From: Schizosaccharomyces osmophilus
Taxonomy: Eukaryota
Length of the DNA: 64,000 nucleotides
Reading direction: 5' to 3'
NCBI RefSeq assembly: GCF_027921745.1
Contig: NC_079238.1
Location: 434,001-498,000, forward strand
This document shows positions 30,892 through 44,400 of this stretch, piece by piece (within the stretch, counting starts at the first letter, position 1; the number at the start of each line of letters is the position of its first letter). The notes under the pieces were generated by a model. The model was not told the origin of the DNA and made no database searches. It saw only the letters and a list, made by a program, of their open reading frames with translations. The position numbers and the translations under genes were made by a program.

Positions 30892-33801
30892 ATGACTGCA
30901 GCTTCTCCGGTAAAAATAGTTGCAGATAAACAAACAGTGCCAAGTCTTGACGACCGGGAGTATCGACTCATACAATTAGAAAATGAATTAGAGGTTTTAC
31001 TAATAAGGGATCCTGAAACAGATAATGCAAGCGCAGCACTTGATGTTCACATAGGAAGCCAAAGTAATCCTAAGGAACTATTGGGACTAGCTCATTTTTG
31101 CGAACATCTACTATTTATGGGAACAAAGAAGTATCCAGACGAGAATGAGTATAGGAAGTACTTAGAAACGAATAATGGAATGTCAAACGCCTACACTGCG
31201 TCAAACGACACCAACTATTATTTTGAAGTATCACATGACGCTTTATATGGAGCGTTAGACCGCTTTTCTCAGTTTTTTATTGATCCTTTGTTTTTGGAAG
31301 AATGCAAAGATCGTGAAATTCTTGCGGTGGACTCTGAACACTCCAAAAACCTTCAATCGGATGATTGGCGCTTTTGGCGTTTATACGGTGTTCTAAGTCA
31401 CCAAGACCATGTTTTTAATAAATTCAACACGGGAAATGTGAAAACACTTGGCGATGTTCCCAAAGACATGGGTCTCGATGTTCGTGAGGAGCTATTGAAG
31501 TTTTATGACAAATATTATTCAGCAAATTTGATGAAACTAGTAATCATTGGTCGTGAACCATTAGACACTCTTCAAGGATGGGCTACTGAATTCTTTTCAC
31601 CTATAAAAAATAAGTCTGTTCCAAGACCAAGACATCCTGGAAGCCCCTACCAAGAGGAGCAACTTCGTAAAATTTGCTATATCAAGCCTGTAAAAAACCT
31701 TCGCCGAATCGATCTGCTTTTCCCTATTCCTGGACAATATTCTCAATATGAATGCCGTCCGGCAGACTATGTTTGCCACCTATTAGGACACGAAGGTGAA
31801 GGCTCATATTTGGCATACCTAAAACAATTGGGTTTAGGAACTTCCTTGGTTGCTGGATCTATAACCGTTACAGAGGATGCGGATATCATTGTTGTTTCCG
31901 TTTCCCTTACGGAAGAGGGTCTTGCCAACTACGAGCGAGTCATTCGTATTCTTTTTGAATACGTTCAACTACTTCAACACACGACAGCGCATAAATTTCT
32001 CTTTGAGGAAACTCGAATTATGTCAGAAGCTCAATTCAAAACTCGTCAAAAAACGTACGCTTCACAATATGCTCATTCGGTAGCTAGCAAAATGCAGCAA
32101 AGCTATCCTCGGGATAAAATCATATACTCTGCTTCGGTCCTTACCAATTTTGACATGGATGCTATCCAAGATGTGATTGATTGCTTCCGCCCTGACAATT
32201 TCATAGTTATTTTGTCCTCTCACTCTCTTGAAAAAGACTTTAACCAGAAAGAAGAATTTTATGGTTTGGAGTACCTAGTGGAACCCTTAGAATCATCTTT
32301 CTTAGAATCGCTTCGTACTTGCAAGCCGCCTAAAGAGCTTCATCTTCCCGCTCCAAATGAGTTTATTCCTTGGTCACTAGAAGTGGAGAGAGAACCTATA
32401 AAAGAAAAGGCGAAATCTCCTAGCTTGATTCGAAATGACGAATTCGCTCGTTTATGGCATAAGAAAGATGACACGTTTTGGGTTCCAAAGGCAAATGTCT
32501 TTATTCAATTTATTTCTCCTGCTGCTAGGAAGTCGCCAAAGATTAGCATTATAACTAGTCTTTACGTCCGACTTGTTGAAGATGCCCTGAACGAATATTC
32601 TTATCCTGCTGCACTAGCTGGACTTTCTTTCGTCTTATTACCGTCTAGTCGTGGTATTTCGCTATACCTTAGCGGTTTTACTGACAAACTACACGTTTTA
32701 TTGGAAAAAGTCGTTACTGTCATGCGCGATTTGAGAATACATTTCCAAAGATTTGATATTATAAAGAACCGACTAGAACAAGAACTGAAGGATTACGATG
32801 CTTTGGAGGCTTATCCTAGATCTAGCAGCGTTTTAACATGGCTGACAGAGCACCCTGTATGGATGAACTCTGAACTTCGGGAAGCCATTAAGGATGTCAG
32901 TATTGAGGACACTTACCAATTTATTAGCGAATTCACTGAACAAATTTTTATAGAATCTCTGATTCACGGTAATTATGTCAAGGATGATGCCAAAGCACTT
33001 ATAGAAACTGCTCAAAACCTTCTGAATCCCAAACCTGTATTCGCGTCGCAGCTTACTCGTAAAAGAGAAGTTGTCCTTCCTGAAGGAAGCAACTATATTT
33101 ACAAGACAGTTGTACCTAACGAGCAAGACAAAAATTCAGCTATTATGTACGCTTTGCAAATCGCTCCTATGGATGATCAGAAATCTGGAGCATTGACTCG
33201 CCTGGCTCGTCAACTTATGAAAGAACCTTCTTTCTCAATTCTGAGAACTAAAGAACAGCTTGGTTATATTGTATTTACGCTTCTTCGTCAATCTACTCCT
33301 TATATTTATCTGACTGTATTCGTGCAAAGTGAACGAAGCAGTTCTTATTTGGAAACACGAATCCGCGCTTTATTGGATCATTTGAAAGAATCATTTGCAC
33401 AAATATCTGAAAAAGAATTTAATGATCACAAGACAAGTTTGATTAACTTTATGCTAGAAAAGTATACAAACTTAAGGGAGGAAAGTTCTATGTACTGGCT
33501 TCGTACTGCTGATGGTTTCTACGACTATACTCGATTGGAAAAACAAGCTGAACTTGTGTCATCAATTACCAAGGAAGAACTATACGAGTTTTTCGTCAAT
33601 CGTATTCATTACGATGGTAAATTAACGAATAAGCTCTCCGTGCATGTTATATCCCAACGGTGTGAAGATCAAGAGTACGAAATTCCTGGAGCTGAAACTA
33701 TTAAAAATGGAAATATCTTTAAGGAAAGTCTACCTTTCAGCAAAGCTGCTGCACCTATTGAACCTTTTAGTGATATAGATGAAGCCCTCTTTATGAACTA
33801 A
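30892..33801 (+). CDS. iph1: Insulinase/Ste23-like M16A metallopeptidase
   Basis: Inverted zinc motif HFCEH (GLAHFCEHLLFMGTKKYP), HLLGHEGEGS and LRTKEQLGY. Confidence 0.93.
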   Translation: MTAASPVKIVADKQTVPSLDDREYRLIQLENELEVLLIRDPETDNASAALDVHIGSQSNPKELLGLAHFCEHLLFMGTKKYPDENEYRKYLETNNGMSNAYTASNDTNYYFEVSHDALYGALDRFSQFFIDPLFLEECKDREILAVDSEHSKNLQSDDWRFWRLYGVLSHQDHVFNKFNTGNVKTLGDVPKDMGLDVREELLKFYDKYYSANLMKLVIIGREPLDTLQGWATEFFSPIKNKSVPRPRHPGSPYQEEQLRKICYIKPVKNLRRIDLLFPIPGQYSQYECRPADYVCHLLGHEGEGSYLAYLKQLGLGTSLVAGSITVTEDADIIVVSVSLTEEGLANYERVIRILFEYVQLLQHTTAHKFLFEETRIMSEAQFKTRQKTYASQYAHSVASKMQQSYPRDKIIYSASVLTNFDMDAIQDVIDCFRPDNFIVILSSHSLEKDFNQKEEFYGLEYLVEPLESSFLESLRTCKPPKELHLPAPNEFIPWSLEVEREPIKEKAKSPSLIRNDEFARLWHKKDDTFWVPKANVFIQFISPAARKSPKISIITSLYVRLVEDALNEYSYPAALAGLSFVLLPSSRGISLYLSGFTDKLHVLLEKVVTVMRDLRIHFQRFDIIKNRLEQELKDYDALEAYPRSSSVLTWLTEHPVWMNSELREAIKDVSIEDTYQFISEFTEQIFIESLIHGNYVKDDAKALIETAQNLLNPKPVFASQLTRKREVVLPEGSNYIYKTVVPNEQDKNSAIMYALQIAPMDDQKSGALTRLARQLMKEPSFSILRTKEQLGYIVFTLLRQSTPYIYLTVFVQSERSSSYLETRIRALLDHLKESFAQISEKEFNDHKTSLINFMLEKYTNLREESSMYWLRTADGFYDYTRLEKQAELVSSITKEELYEFFVNRIHYDGKLTNKLSVHVISQRCEDQEYEIPGAETIKNGNIFKESLPFSKAAAPIEPFSDIDEALFMN

Positions 33802-34038
33802 GGGATGTTCCATTGAACACGTAGATTTAATTCAGAAAGTGTATGAAATCTTTACCTTCTTTTATTTAATTTTCTTCTGAATTTTGATTCTTACTTTTGG
33901 TTTTCTACACCTCGCTAAAATGCGTTCTACTTCCCTATTCTTGTCCTACACCAGGATTGACCAAGTGCGAATGTGAAGAAATCAAAACAGGAGGGACTGT
34001 ACAAATTCACTGGGATTTTCCCAAGAAATTTGCTCAAA

Positions 34039-34664
34039 ATGTCGTCCAAATTAATGTCTATGAAGGTAAGCTTACGGCGAGAAGTTAAAAAGTGATTAAC
34101 CTTATGTATTGACAGTTTATGCAAAAAGCCCGGGGGATAGATCCAAGGCAAACAGAAGAGGAATTGTCCAAGCCAATTGTGACGGACGAACATTGGTCAT
34201 TAAAAAAAGCTCCTGATGCTCCTTCCAACAAAAGTGCCTGTAAATTCGAGTATGAGTCTAGTTATGGAAGCTTGATATCGGAATCCGAGGATAAAGGCAA
34301 CACACAAGAGACAGATGGTCCTGCCGTTGCTGGAAGAGCTAGCTTTGGATTATTCAACAAAGAATTGGAAGGAAACAAGAAAGAGTCTGCTGAAAATGAA
34401 GAGAATGACGAAGAACAAGAGTCTGATGCACCTTACAAAATGGAGGGCTTAGAAACAACTGAGCGGGAAAGACGCAACCAAGAAAGACTCTCCAAGATGG
34501 TTCGAGGAAAATCAAGTACTCAAGTCAAGCCCAAGAACGATGGCCATAAAAAACGGAAGGCAACGGATATGGATCGCGATATTATATCTTTAGATACTGA
34601 AAAAAGTGAAGCGACTGCGAAGCCCAAAAAGAAGAAAAACAAAAGCAAGAAAAAGAAAAATTGA
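34039..34664 (+). CDS. mpp6: Nuclear exosome cofactor Mpp6-like (intron 34066-34115)
   Basis: Spliced N-terminus MSSKLMSMK|FMQK and GRASFGLFNKELE are Mpp6 signature motifs; Lys-rich tail. Confidence 0.82.
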
Positions 34665-35005
34665 ATTGCTCGTAAGAATGTCCTACGCTACTCTCATATT
34701 TATTTTTATTTCGTGTACGTCGCACGTTCACATAAGTTGTTCTCCATTTAAAAAAACTTTATTTTATAGAATATTTTACTCATGAGAAGGGCTTTCGGTT
34801 TGGTTCATAGTCTGCATGACGGATGATGGTTGGCTTAGTTTTGAAATGATATAACATTAATCATCTATGACAGCAAAACAGAATTTATTACTGTATCTCT
34901 AGGGTAAAGTGTAATGGGTAGCAGATATGTGCGAGTAAGGAAGGCTGCAAAAAAGAAAGAGAAAATCTGAAAAGACATGCGTTTTTGTAGATTCGTTTAG
35001 GGTGC

Positions 35006-36166
35006 TTAGAGTTGCATATCTCTTTGTTCCGGAACAGGAGTTATAAGCCTTTATTTTAGTTAGTAAAAAGAAAAACCGAGGTTTTGACACATACTTGTCA
35101 TTTACGACACCACTCTTCAAGTTTTCGAGGCTAAAAGTTTCCATCTTATGTTGAGTTTCCAAAGAATTGGTACCCAAGTGAGGAAGAAGAATGACATCTG
35201 GATTTTCAATAAGACCAGGATGAACTTGTGGTTCATTCTCATATACATCAAGTCCGGCGGAATAAACGACGCCTTCCTTCAAGGCGTCAACAAGAGCTTC
35301 CTCATCCATTACGGGGCCACGGGCAGTATTAACAATGATAATACCGCGTTTCATCTTTTTGAATTCTTCTTTGCCTATGATGTGATGTGTGTGCTTGTTC
35401 AACGGCAAGCTTAAATACAAGACATCAGACTGGGCCAAAAGCTCGTTGAATTGGACATATTTCGCACCGCCAGCATCTTTTTCATTAAGAGGATGACGGT
35501 TGTAATAGATAATATTCATGTCGAATGCACGAGCACGCTTTGCTACTGTTCTGCCAATGCCACCCATACCGAGGATACCAAGGGTCTTTCCTTCAGGATC
35601 ATGAGAAGGCTGCCGACAGTCATGGTTCCAGCGTCTTTCTCGTAAGCTAAAAAGTCCTTGGTTAAAGCGACGGAACGCGCCAAGCATCAAAAAAATGCCC
35701 GTATCAGCCGTTGCATCGTCTACAGCGAGAGGACAGTTTGCGACTCGAATTCCGCGTTTTGTACAAGCATCCACATTCACAGTTTCGTAGCCAGCACCAA
35801 TGTGACAGATGAACTTCACAGACGAAGGAAGATGCTCAATGACTTCTTCGTCGAATATGCCCATGAAGAACTTACTTTTGAAAGTACGAATAATCGCCTT
35901 GACGTCTTGAAACTCGGTTTTGCATTTTTTATAAAACTCTTCACGACTTTCATCGGAGAACACCTAAACATCATTGTTAGCAAACAATGGCAAACGATTG
36001 CTATACAGCTTTGGTCCCATGTTCAATGAAAGTGAGTCCTTAAAGGTACCTAAACTGGACTACATACCTTTAAATCAGCATGTTCGCTAAGAGCTTTCCA
36101 CTCTTTATGGGCATGTGGTAAAGAACCGACCAAAAGAACGGAAGGCTTCGTAGATGAGGATGGCAT
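35006..36166 (-). CDS. gor1: Glyoxylate reductase / D-2-hydroxyacid dehydrogenase; introns 35964-36067 and about 35049-35094
   Basis: GAGYETV, GILGMGGIG, VNTARG, AGLDVYENEP and LLPHLG motifs; spliced C-terminus ..KLITPVPEQRDMQL*. Confidence 0.9.
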
Positions 36167-36712
36167 AGTGGAGGTGATGAGAGAGCGACAAAAACCAATT
36201 AACTATAAAACCAGCGATTATGCTAAGGGTACGTAGACTGTAGAGGTAAGTTCTTTGAGGTGAGCTTGGATAATTTTACTTTTTAATTGTCTAGATAGTT
36301 AAGAGATAGCGTAAACAATATCTTACCAGCCATTGGAACTCCACAGCTAAATTTCAGAAATAGAAGGAAAAATATAGCAAATTCTTTTAAGCAAAGCCTC
36401 ATCCTTTGCAGAAGCTAATTATCATCTTTTGGTTTTTTGTACGATTGAATACAAGCAGCCAAAGTAATTGTTTACGAGTTTGAACAGGTATGTACTACGA
36501 AATCTTTCATAGTTAAAATTTCTTTTCCTCTTTAGTCTGGTGTGATACAACGAGGTCTGGTCGAAAAGTACAAAGGCCAGAAGGTACTTTGGAAGCAAAA
36601 AAGCAACTTTACAGAAAGGGTGTTAGTTAGCATAATATCAAAGACAAACAAGATTCTAATACAATGACAAATTATGGACTTCTATTGTAAATGGTTTGTT
36701 GTTGTAAATACT

Positions 36713-37756
36713 TTAAGGAGCATTGACTTGCTTCTGAGCAAGCAAAACTTGAACCGGCCGGCCATCTTCAATGAAACCAATTTCTTCTTTTAAAATTTTC
36801 ATGGAAGGTGAAGAAGACCTTACGAGTTGTGCAGCCTCCCCTAGCTCGAGCCGGTGTTCTTGACCTTTGGGATACTCATAGTCATGAATGCCATCATTCA
36901 CAAAGGTACAAAGAAACAGAAACCCATTATCACAAAGTAACTGATCAGTCTGGGTTAAGAGCAATCGATGCAAGAATCGAATTTGGACGACCAAGTCATA
37001 TTTTTCATCCTGCAGACTGGATTCTGTAACCGAAAAAGTCCCAAATAGTTTTACAAGGTCTAAAGTCGAAAGCTCTGGAATATTGGTATCTCTCTTTCCT
37101 TCTATATTGTAGCATTTCCATTTGCCTACTGGATCCATTTTAGCGATTTGTCTATGTTCAATGCGGTCTTCATATCCCAACGTTTCAAATAGACTTGAGA
37201 ACCTATAAATGGCTCGCTTTTCTGCATCCACACCCGTAACCTTGTATCGAATTTTGCTTTCTCTCGAGCATAACCACGCCAAATCTCTACCGGAACCGCA
37301 TCCAATGTCTAGCGCTCGTGCCTCTGATTTACTTAAGCTCTCCTCAATCACTGGTATTGTCTCTTTAAAATGAGGACTGGGTTCAAACAACAATCTTTTG
37401 CTTTCTCCTTGTTCGATCAAGCCCTTTTGCTCGATCCATTGCCAGAATTCAGTGTTTGCACGTATGGATCCTTCAATTTTCCATCCTTTCTGTCGTAACT
37501 GTTCAGAACAAGAATCCCCTTCTTCATCGTCAATATAGGTACCATCTTGTTCTAAGACCACAAATCCTTCCTGCTTCGCTGGTAATTGAAACCAGCAACC
37601 TGCAATGCTAGTACTAGGGATATTTACAGACCCATATAGATGTCGAATTTGAAATTCCTTTCGTGGTCGCACGTCCAAACATTTAAGTCTTCCTTGAGCG
37701 ATGAAGCTCACCCACCGAACAGTATCCTTCGATATCAACCCAGCTACTTTTTCCAT
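36713..37756 (-). CDS. Rhodanese-like domain fused to class I SAM methyltransferase
   Basis: N-terminal LDVRP..EF..HLYGSVNIP (rhodanese); C-terminal ALDIGCGSGRD, VTGVD and YDLVVQIRFLHR (TehB-like). Confidence 0.85.
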   Translation of the reverse strand: MEKVAGLISKDTVRWVSFIAQGRLKCLDVRPRKEFQIRHLYGSVNIPSTSIAGCWFQLPAKQEGFVVLEQDGTYIDDEEGDSCSEQLRQKGWKIEGSIRANTEFWQWIEQKGLIEQGESKRLLFEPSPHFKETIPVIEESLSKSEARALDIGCGSGRDLAWLCSRESKIRYKVTGVDAEKRAIYRFSSLFETLGYEDRIEHRQIAKMDPVGKWKCYNIEGKRDTNIPELSTLDLVKLFGTFSVTESSLQDEKYDLVVQIRFLHRLLLTQTDQLLCDNGFLFLCTFVNDGIHDYEYPKGQEHRLELGEAAQLVRSSSPSMKILKEEIGFIEDGRPVQVLLAQKQVNAP

Positions 37757-38566
37757 GCTTCCTTTTCCTTTTTTTTCCTATAGTTATTTTTTGAAAAATT
37801 TTTCCAAGCTTATTTCTAGATTAGGCACTTCTAAGTGATTTTCAATTATATTGTATATTAGATTCGTAGCTAGGTGCACATATACGTTCGCAAAACGAGT
37901 AAGCTAATAGTAATGCAAGCACATATCATTTGAAATTATATGCAACAAAGATGACTTTTAGCAAATCTTGTAAATACCGTTGAACAAAATCATACGGAAG
38001 GTTCAATTTGAGATATTAAAGGGTTGTTTACTCGAAACTTACAAAACTTTTCTCTCCCATTGGATTACTCTACTGGTAAATTCGTTTGGTTTCTGGTAAT
38101 ATGTTCACTTGTTTTTTCATATAAACATTCTCCTACCTATGGATTCAATATCTTCATATCGTCTGAATTTCTTTTCGATGAGTCGAAAGGACATTATTCC
38201 TGCGTAAAAAAAAATTTACCATACATGGTGGATGACTGTACAACAAGGTTTAATTAAGTAATCATTTCTTCAAATTGAAAAAGATCTAACAAGAAGGACC
38301 CTATTGCATTCCACATTTGGGGCCCTGCAAAAAAATAAGTCATAACGGTCTCGTTATAAATTTTATTTATTTATAGATATTGCTTGTGCTAATAACCTTT
38401 TGGGTCTAGCTGTACAAGATTTAAAAGGTCGAGTATAATAGAGGTCCAAACAGTTCATAATTAAATCTCAAAAATCAGAAAAAAAAGTCATTAATTCGTT
38501 ACTATGCCGATGAGAGTGAATCCCCTTAAAAGATTAAATAAATTAACGGCATTACACTCTTTGGCT

Positions 38567-40928
38567 CTAAAGAGCTGTAAATATCCATTCACTCAAACGA
38601 TGATATATCGCAAGACTAGCATTATGATAGCTTATAGAATGAGCGCTGTCTGGAAAAACAGCCATATCATAATTGTAGCAATTTGCAAGGTTTAATTGGT
38701 CCATGAAATGCATCACATGTTGAAAATGTACATTATCATCTCCTGTACCGTGTGCAATTAAAAAGCGCTTTTTTTCCTTAAGCATTTCAATATTATGTAC
38801 TTTTGAGTTCTCATAACCATCTTCATTCAAGATTGGTAAATTCATGTACCTCTCTGTGTAAATACTGTCGTACAAATGCCAATCCGTAACAGGAGCGACA
38901 GCCATTCCGTACGAAAGCACGTTGGAAGTCTCCAGTGTTTTCAACGTTAGATAGCCACCAAAACTCCAGCCCCAAATAGCAATTTTGTCTCGGTCAACAA
39001 ACGGAAGATGCGCCCAATGTTCAGCAGCACTTGCTTGGTCCTTTGCTTCCAATACACCTAGATTTTGATATACAGATTGGCGGAAATTATTCCCACTAAA
39101 TCCGGTTCCTCTACCATCAACAGTCACTACTATATACTCAAAATCTGGATGCGAAGCTAGATATGTTTGGAAGTCCACACGGAAAAGTTTAGACACCTGT
39201 TGAGAACCGGGCCCGCCGTAAGCGAAAAACAAAACAGGGTACTTATGGGAAGGATTGAAATTTGTCGGCTTTCGCTCCATGTAAGGCAGTATGGTATTGT
39301 TTACATTGAGTTTGCCATATTCGATTTGCGGCAGATTGTACGATGCCAACATTTTATGCAAATGTTTGTTATCTTCAATTCGAACTGCAAAATCGCTTTT
39401 CTGAATAGAACGAAGTTCCTGCCAAGGGATTTTTGGACCTTGATAATTCAATACATAAAAATTACCTGAAGGAGAGAAACTAGTCGAGTAGTAACCATCC
39501 TGTACACCATCATCAGTAACATTATGTACTTCATAATCATCCAAGGAAACGTAGTATAAATGGCGTTCTGATGAATCTTTCAGCGTTCCAATGAAATACA
39601 AGTATACTCGAAAAGCATCGATGGATAATGGTCCTTCGGTAACGTCCCAAGTTCCAGAAGTCAGAAAGATGGGAGAAGATTCGTTGAAAGGAATGAAAGC
39701 CAAATGATTGTTATCTTGATAAGGCATAATATCAAAAAATCCATTGGTCCACATTTGATACCTTGGATCATTCTCAGGCAGTGTCTTTGCACATTGTTGC
39801 ACCTCAAACCATCCATCGGTAAGACACTCACTAAAAACGGTCGAAATTGATTTCGTTTCCAAGTGTAATAAATCAGCCTTCTTGCAGGTACTGTTGCGAT
39901 TGGTAAACTGTACAAGTGTGGTTGAGTCATTGATCCAGAGCAAATTTTGTACCACCGTTTCTTCAAAAATATGGTCATTCCAAGAATGCAACGAATACGT
40001 GTCATCAGACTCCAAATCGGAAAATAGTAACGAAACAGTTGGGTTCGGTTGACCAGCTTTTGGGTACTTGATTTGAATGTCCTTGTTATAATTAAATTCA
40101 AAACTTGAAGTATCACTTTCGCTAGTATATAAGGGAAACTGGTAGATTGGCGTAGCACTTTCGTTTAACCTAAGAAATGCCAATTTACGAGCGTCTGGAG
40201 ACCACCATATTGTCGAAGGGCTTGATAGAACCTCTTCCTCATAAATCCAGTCAGACAATCCATAAAACACACTTTCATTTCCATCGGTCGTAAGTCTCAT
40301 AATTTCCTTACTTTCTGTGAGAACGTGTAGGTTATTTTCATATACAAAAGCCTAAAGTAAGAAAAAAGTTAGCTATCAATACTTGTTATAAAGTATTACT
40401 TACCAATCGATGTCCTGTGGGTGACCAAACGGCCAAGCTTACACGCAGAGTTTCTTCCTCGGGGACTAGCGGTCTCACTTCTTTTTCAATGGTATCAAAT
40501 AAATAATAAGAAGCTGTAAATGAGTGTCTCCACCTCTGGGTTTTGTTCACGTATAATAAAACAAATCGAGCATCTGCAGAAACAGAATATCCATCATAAA
40601 CGATACGTCGATCCTTGTACACAAGATCAGCATCAGAAAATAGTAATTCATCTAAATTAAAAGGATCGCGAAGATATAAAGATTCATTCTCTTTCACAAG
40701 AAACGTATCACTATATTTCTCATTGTATATCCAATCAATCTGTTTATACGTAGGTCGAAACTTTTGCAATACGATGTCTTCCAAATTCAATGGCTCCTTA
40801 TGGTTATTTCCTGTATTATTAATAAGGATGCCATATCTCAAGAAAACTAAGGTGAGCAAGAAAAAAATAGAGACTGATATGGATTTGAACACAGCCTTTC
40901 CTTGTGTTCCTTTGAGTGTAAATTTCAT
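38567..40928 (-). CDS. Dipeptidyl peptidase IV family (S9B; Dap2/Ste13-like); intron 40352-40403
   Basis: Type II anchor, WRHSF, DWIYEEE, GWSFGG nucleophile, HGTGDDNVH and DSAH. Confidence 0.93.
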
Positions 40929-41433
40929 TCTATTGAACCTTCGTAACAACCCTAGAATATATAGATCGTAATGAATTTCGTTCAGGCAATTGCACAATAT
41001 GCAAAATGAAGAAGAGCAATTCAGTAGCTAAATTAGAGGATACAATTTATGCAGTGATGCGTAAAGAAAAACAGATATGAAAGAATGAAAATAAAGAAAG
41101 AAGTAGTTTGCTTGAAAATATCCAAATCGAAAATGCAAATAAGTATCAGCTTTACATACGCCGGATAAGAAAAAAAGAGCAATTAACCTGCTGCTTTTTT
41201 TTTGGATCTTTAGTTAACCAACTTGATTTTCCACTAAATTATGTTCAAATTTAGAGACTCACAACCACTTGATTTGAAGGTTCATTTCCCCGTTATTAAT
41301 AGATGGCGAAGATAATATAATACTATCAAAAATTATGGCTAAATTCTTATCTGACAATTCAACACTACCTTCTAAGAACAATTCACCAACTAAACAAGTG
41401 AATTGGTTCAGTGAATAAATTAGAGAATTTCTC

Positions 41434-44400
41434 ATGGGAGATTCTAGTTTGGTGAGTAGTCCAGACATTAAGTCTGGGCAGCTTTATATAAAGCTCCCCA
41501 CACTGTGTCATTTGTACATTTGGCCGTTTGCCTTGTTCGTTTATCCTTACATTGCATACGTTTACAAGAATCATCTATTTTCCGATGAAGTTCGTTATTT
41601 AACCTACATTGCTTCTGGAACATTAAATGTATTAGTTTGGCTAATCGGCGAATGGAATACGCATATGTATTGCCTTTTGACATGCAGAAAGAGCAACTCT
41701 ATAGATGATGCTACACACATAATGGTGGTCCCTAGCAAATCTGGAGACAGCAGCAGTGTGGAACCAATTGAAAAAACGGTTCTTCCCGATGGCCAACGCG
41801 TTCAATACTCATTTGTTTTCCAGAAAAAGCGCTATCTTTTTAAAGACGAGAATAAACATTTTACCAATGTAACATTTCCTATGGATTCTTCTCTTACAAT
41901 CAGCGATTTTAAGAATAGCTCTGGTTTAAATTCAGCCCAAGAGGATATGTACAAGTGTCACTATGGTAGAAACGTCTTTGATATTCCTATTCCTTCATTT
42001 ACTACCTTATTCAAGGAGCACGCAGTTGCTCCTTTTTTTGTTTTTCAAATTTTTTGTTGCGTTCTATGGTGCTTAGATGAATACTGGAAGTTTTCCCTTT
42101 TCTCAATGTTTATGATCGTGGCTCTTGAATGTTCTGTTGTCTGGCAACGTCAGCGTACTTTGGTTGAATTCCGTACCATGAGTATTCAGACGTATGATGT
42201 TCAAGTATACCGTAACAAGAAATGGATGCCTGTCTTAACTGAGGATCTTTTACCCAACGACATTGTATCCATCGTACACACCAAAGAAGATCTTGGACTC
42301 CCTTGCGACTTACTTTTAATTTCCGGAACCTGCGTAGTCAATGAAGCCATGCTATCTGGAGAGTCTACCCCCTTGGTTAAAGAATCTATTGAATTACGCC
42401 CAGAGGAGGCTGTAGTAGATTTCGGTGATATTGACAGAAATGCTGTTTTGAATGGTGGTACCCGAATTCTTCAAGTTACACCTTCTCCGTTCTCAAAAAT
42501 CAAAACTCCTGATGGTGGCGTACCTGCTATTGTACTTCGTACTGGTTTTGAAACAAGTCAAGGTTCTCTTGTGCGTACAATGGTGTTTTCCTCCGAAAAG
42601 GTTACCGAAAATAACTGGGAAAAGCTTTACTTCATACTGTTTTTGATGGTGTTCGCTATCGCTGCTTCTGCTTATGTATGGCATATTGGTAGCCAAACTG
42701 ACAGAAGCCGCTACAAGCTAATGTTGGATTGCATTATGATTATTACCTCTGTCGTCCCTTCTGAACTTCCTATGGAACTTTCTTTAGCGGTGAATGCATC
42801 ATTAGCTGCATTATCCAAGTATTACATTTACTGTACTGAACCTTTCCGTATTCCTGTAGCAGGACATGTGGACATTTGCTGTTTTGATAAAACTGGTACT
42901 TTAACAGAGGAGCATATGGTTGTTCAGGGCATTTCTGGTTTAAACAAAGAAGATCCTTCTCGCCTTGAAACTTTAAATAGTATCCCTATTGAAACTGAAT
43001 TGGCTATCGCTACTGCTCATACACTAGTGTTGCTTGAACAAGAGGGCGAGCCTGCTAAGACCGTGGGTGATCCGATGGAGAAAGCTACTGTTGAAGCTTT
43101 GGGCTGGTCAGTAAGTAAGAACAACGTTGTTATCCCTCCTGAATCTTCTGTTTTCCATAAAGGAAAGGTTCAAATTACTCGTAACTTCCAATTTTCGTCT
43201 GCCTTGAAACGTCAGTCCTCTGTGTCCAATGTACGTGTCGCTGGTGGTAACCAAAGGACATTTGTATCTGTAAAAGGTGCACCAGAAGTCATTGCTACTA
43301 TGTTGAAGAACGTCCCAAAAGATTATGAAAAGATATACAAAGAATATGGTCGTAAAGGATCTCGTGTTTTGGCTCTTGCCTGCAAGCACTTCAAGAACTT
43401 TGTGTCAGAAAGTAAGGTAACCGATTTGACGCGCGAAGAAATAGAATCTAGCTTGGAATTTGCGGGTTTCCTGGTATTTAGCTCTCCTTTGAAGGATGAT
43501 GCTAAGGGCACCATTCAAATGTTGAATAACTCTTCTCACAGATGCATGATGATTACTGGTGATAACCCCTTGACTGCAGTCTATGTTGCCGAACAAGTCG
43601 GTATTGTCGAAAAACCTACTTTAGTGTTAGACGCTAATGAAACCTCTAAAGGAAGCATGGAATGGAAGAGTACTGATGATACTGTCACTCTGCCTATGGA
43701 TTGCACGAAGAAATTGGATGCTTCTTTATATAAAATGTATGATCTTTGTGTCACTGGCCGTGCTCTTTCCGAGATTGAAGATCCTGCTGTGTTGCTGTCT
43801 GTGTTGACACATGCTTGGGTGTATGCTCGTGTTTCACCGGCTCAAAAGGAACTTATGATTGCTACTTTGAAAGATAGCGGTTATGTTACTCTGATGTGTG
43901 GTGATGGAACCAACGACGTTGGTGCTCTCAAGCAATCTCATGTCGGTATCGCGTTATTAAATGCATCAGAAGAAGACATGTTGCAGATGCAGGAGCGGGC
44001 TCGAATGAACAATTTGATGTCGGTTTACGAGAAGCAAATAAACCTTTCCAAACGGTTCAATCTTCCTCCTCCTCCTGTTCCTCCAGCCTTGTGCCATGCA
44101 TTTCCCGCCGGACCTAACAATCCTCACCGCGAAAAGACTCAAGAAAATTTAACTAAATATTTGGATGACTTGAAGGTAAAGAAAGAAGGTGATACTGGAC
44201 TAACGGAAACCGAACGCTCTGCCGAAAAACGTGCCAATTTAGCAAACAAAATGTTTGACACAATGGCAGAGGCTTCAGACGATGATGCGCCGAAGATTAA
44301 ATTGGGTGATGCTTCTGTTGCTGCTCCAATTACATCCAAATTAGCCGTGACTAATTCTGTCATTAACATCGTTCGTCAAGGACGTTGCACTCTGGTTGCA

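Noticed and set aside
36291..36333. Possible 36-nt leader intron and MADN uORF upstream of gor1
   Set aside because: Signals are weak and probably lie upstream of the TSS; cannot be supported from sequence.
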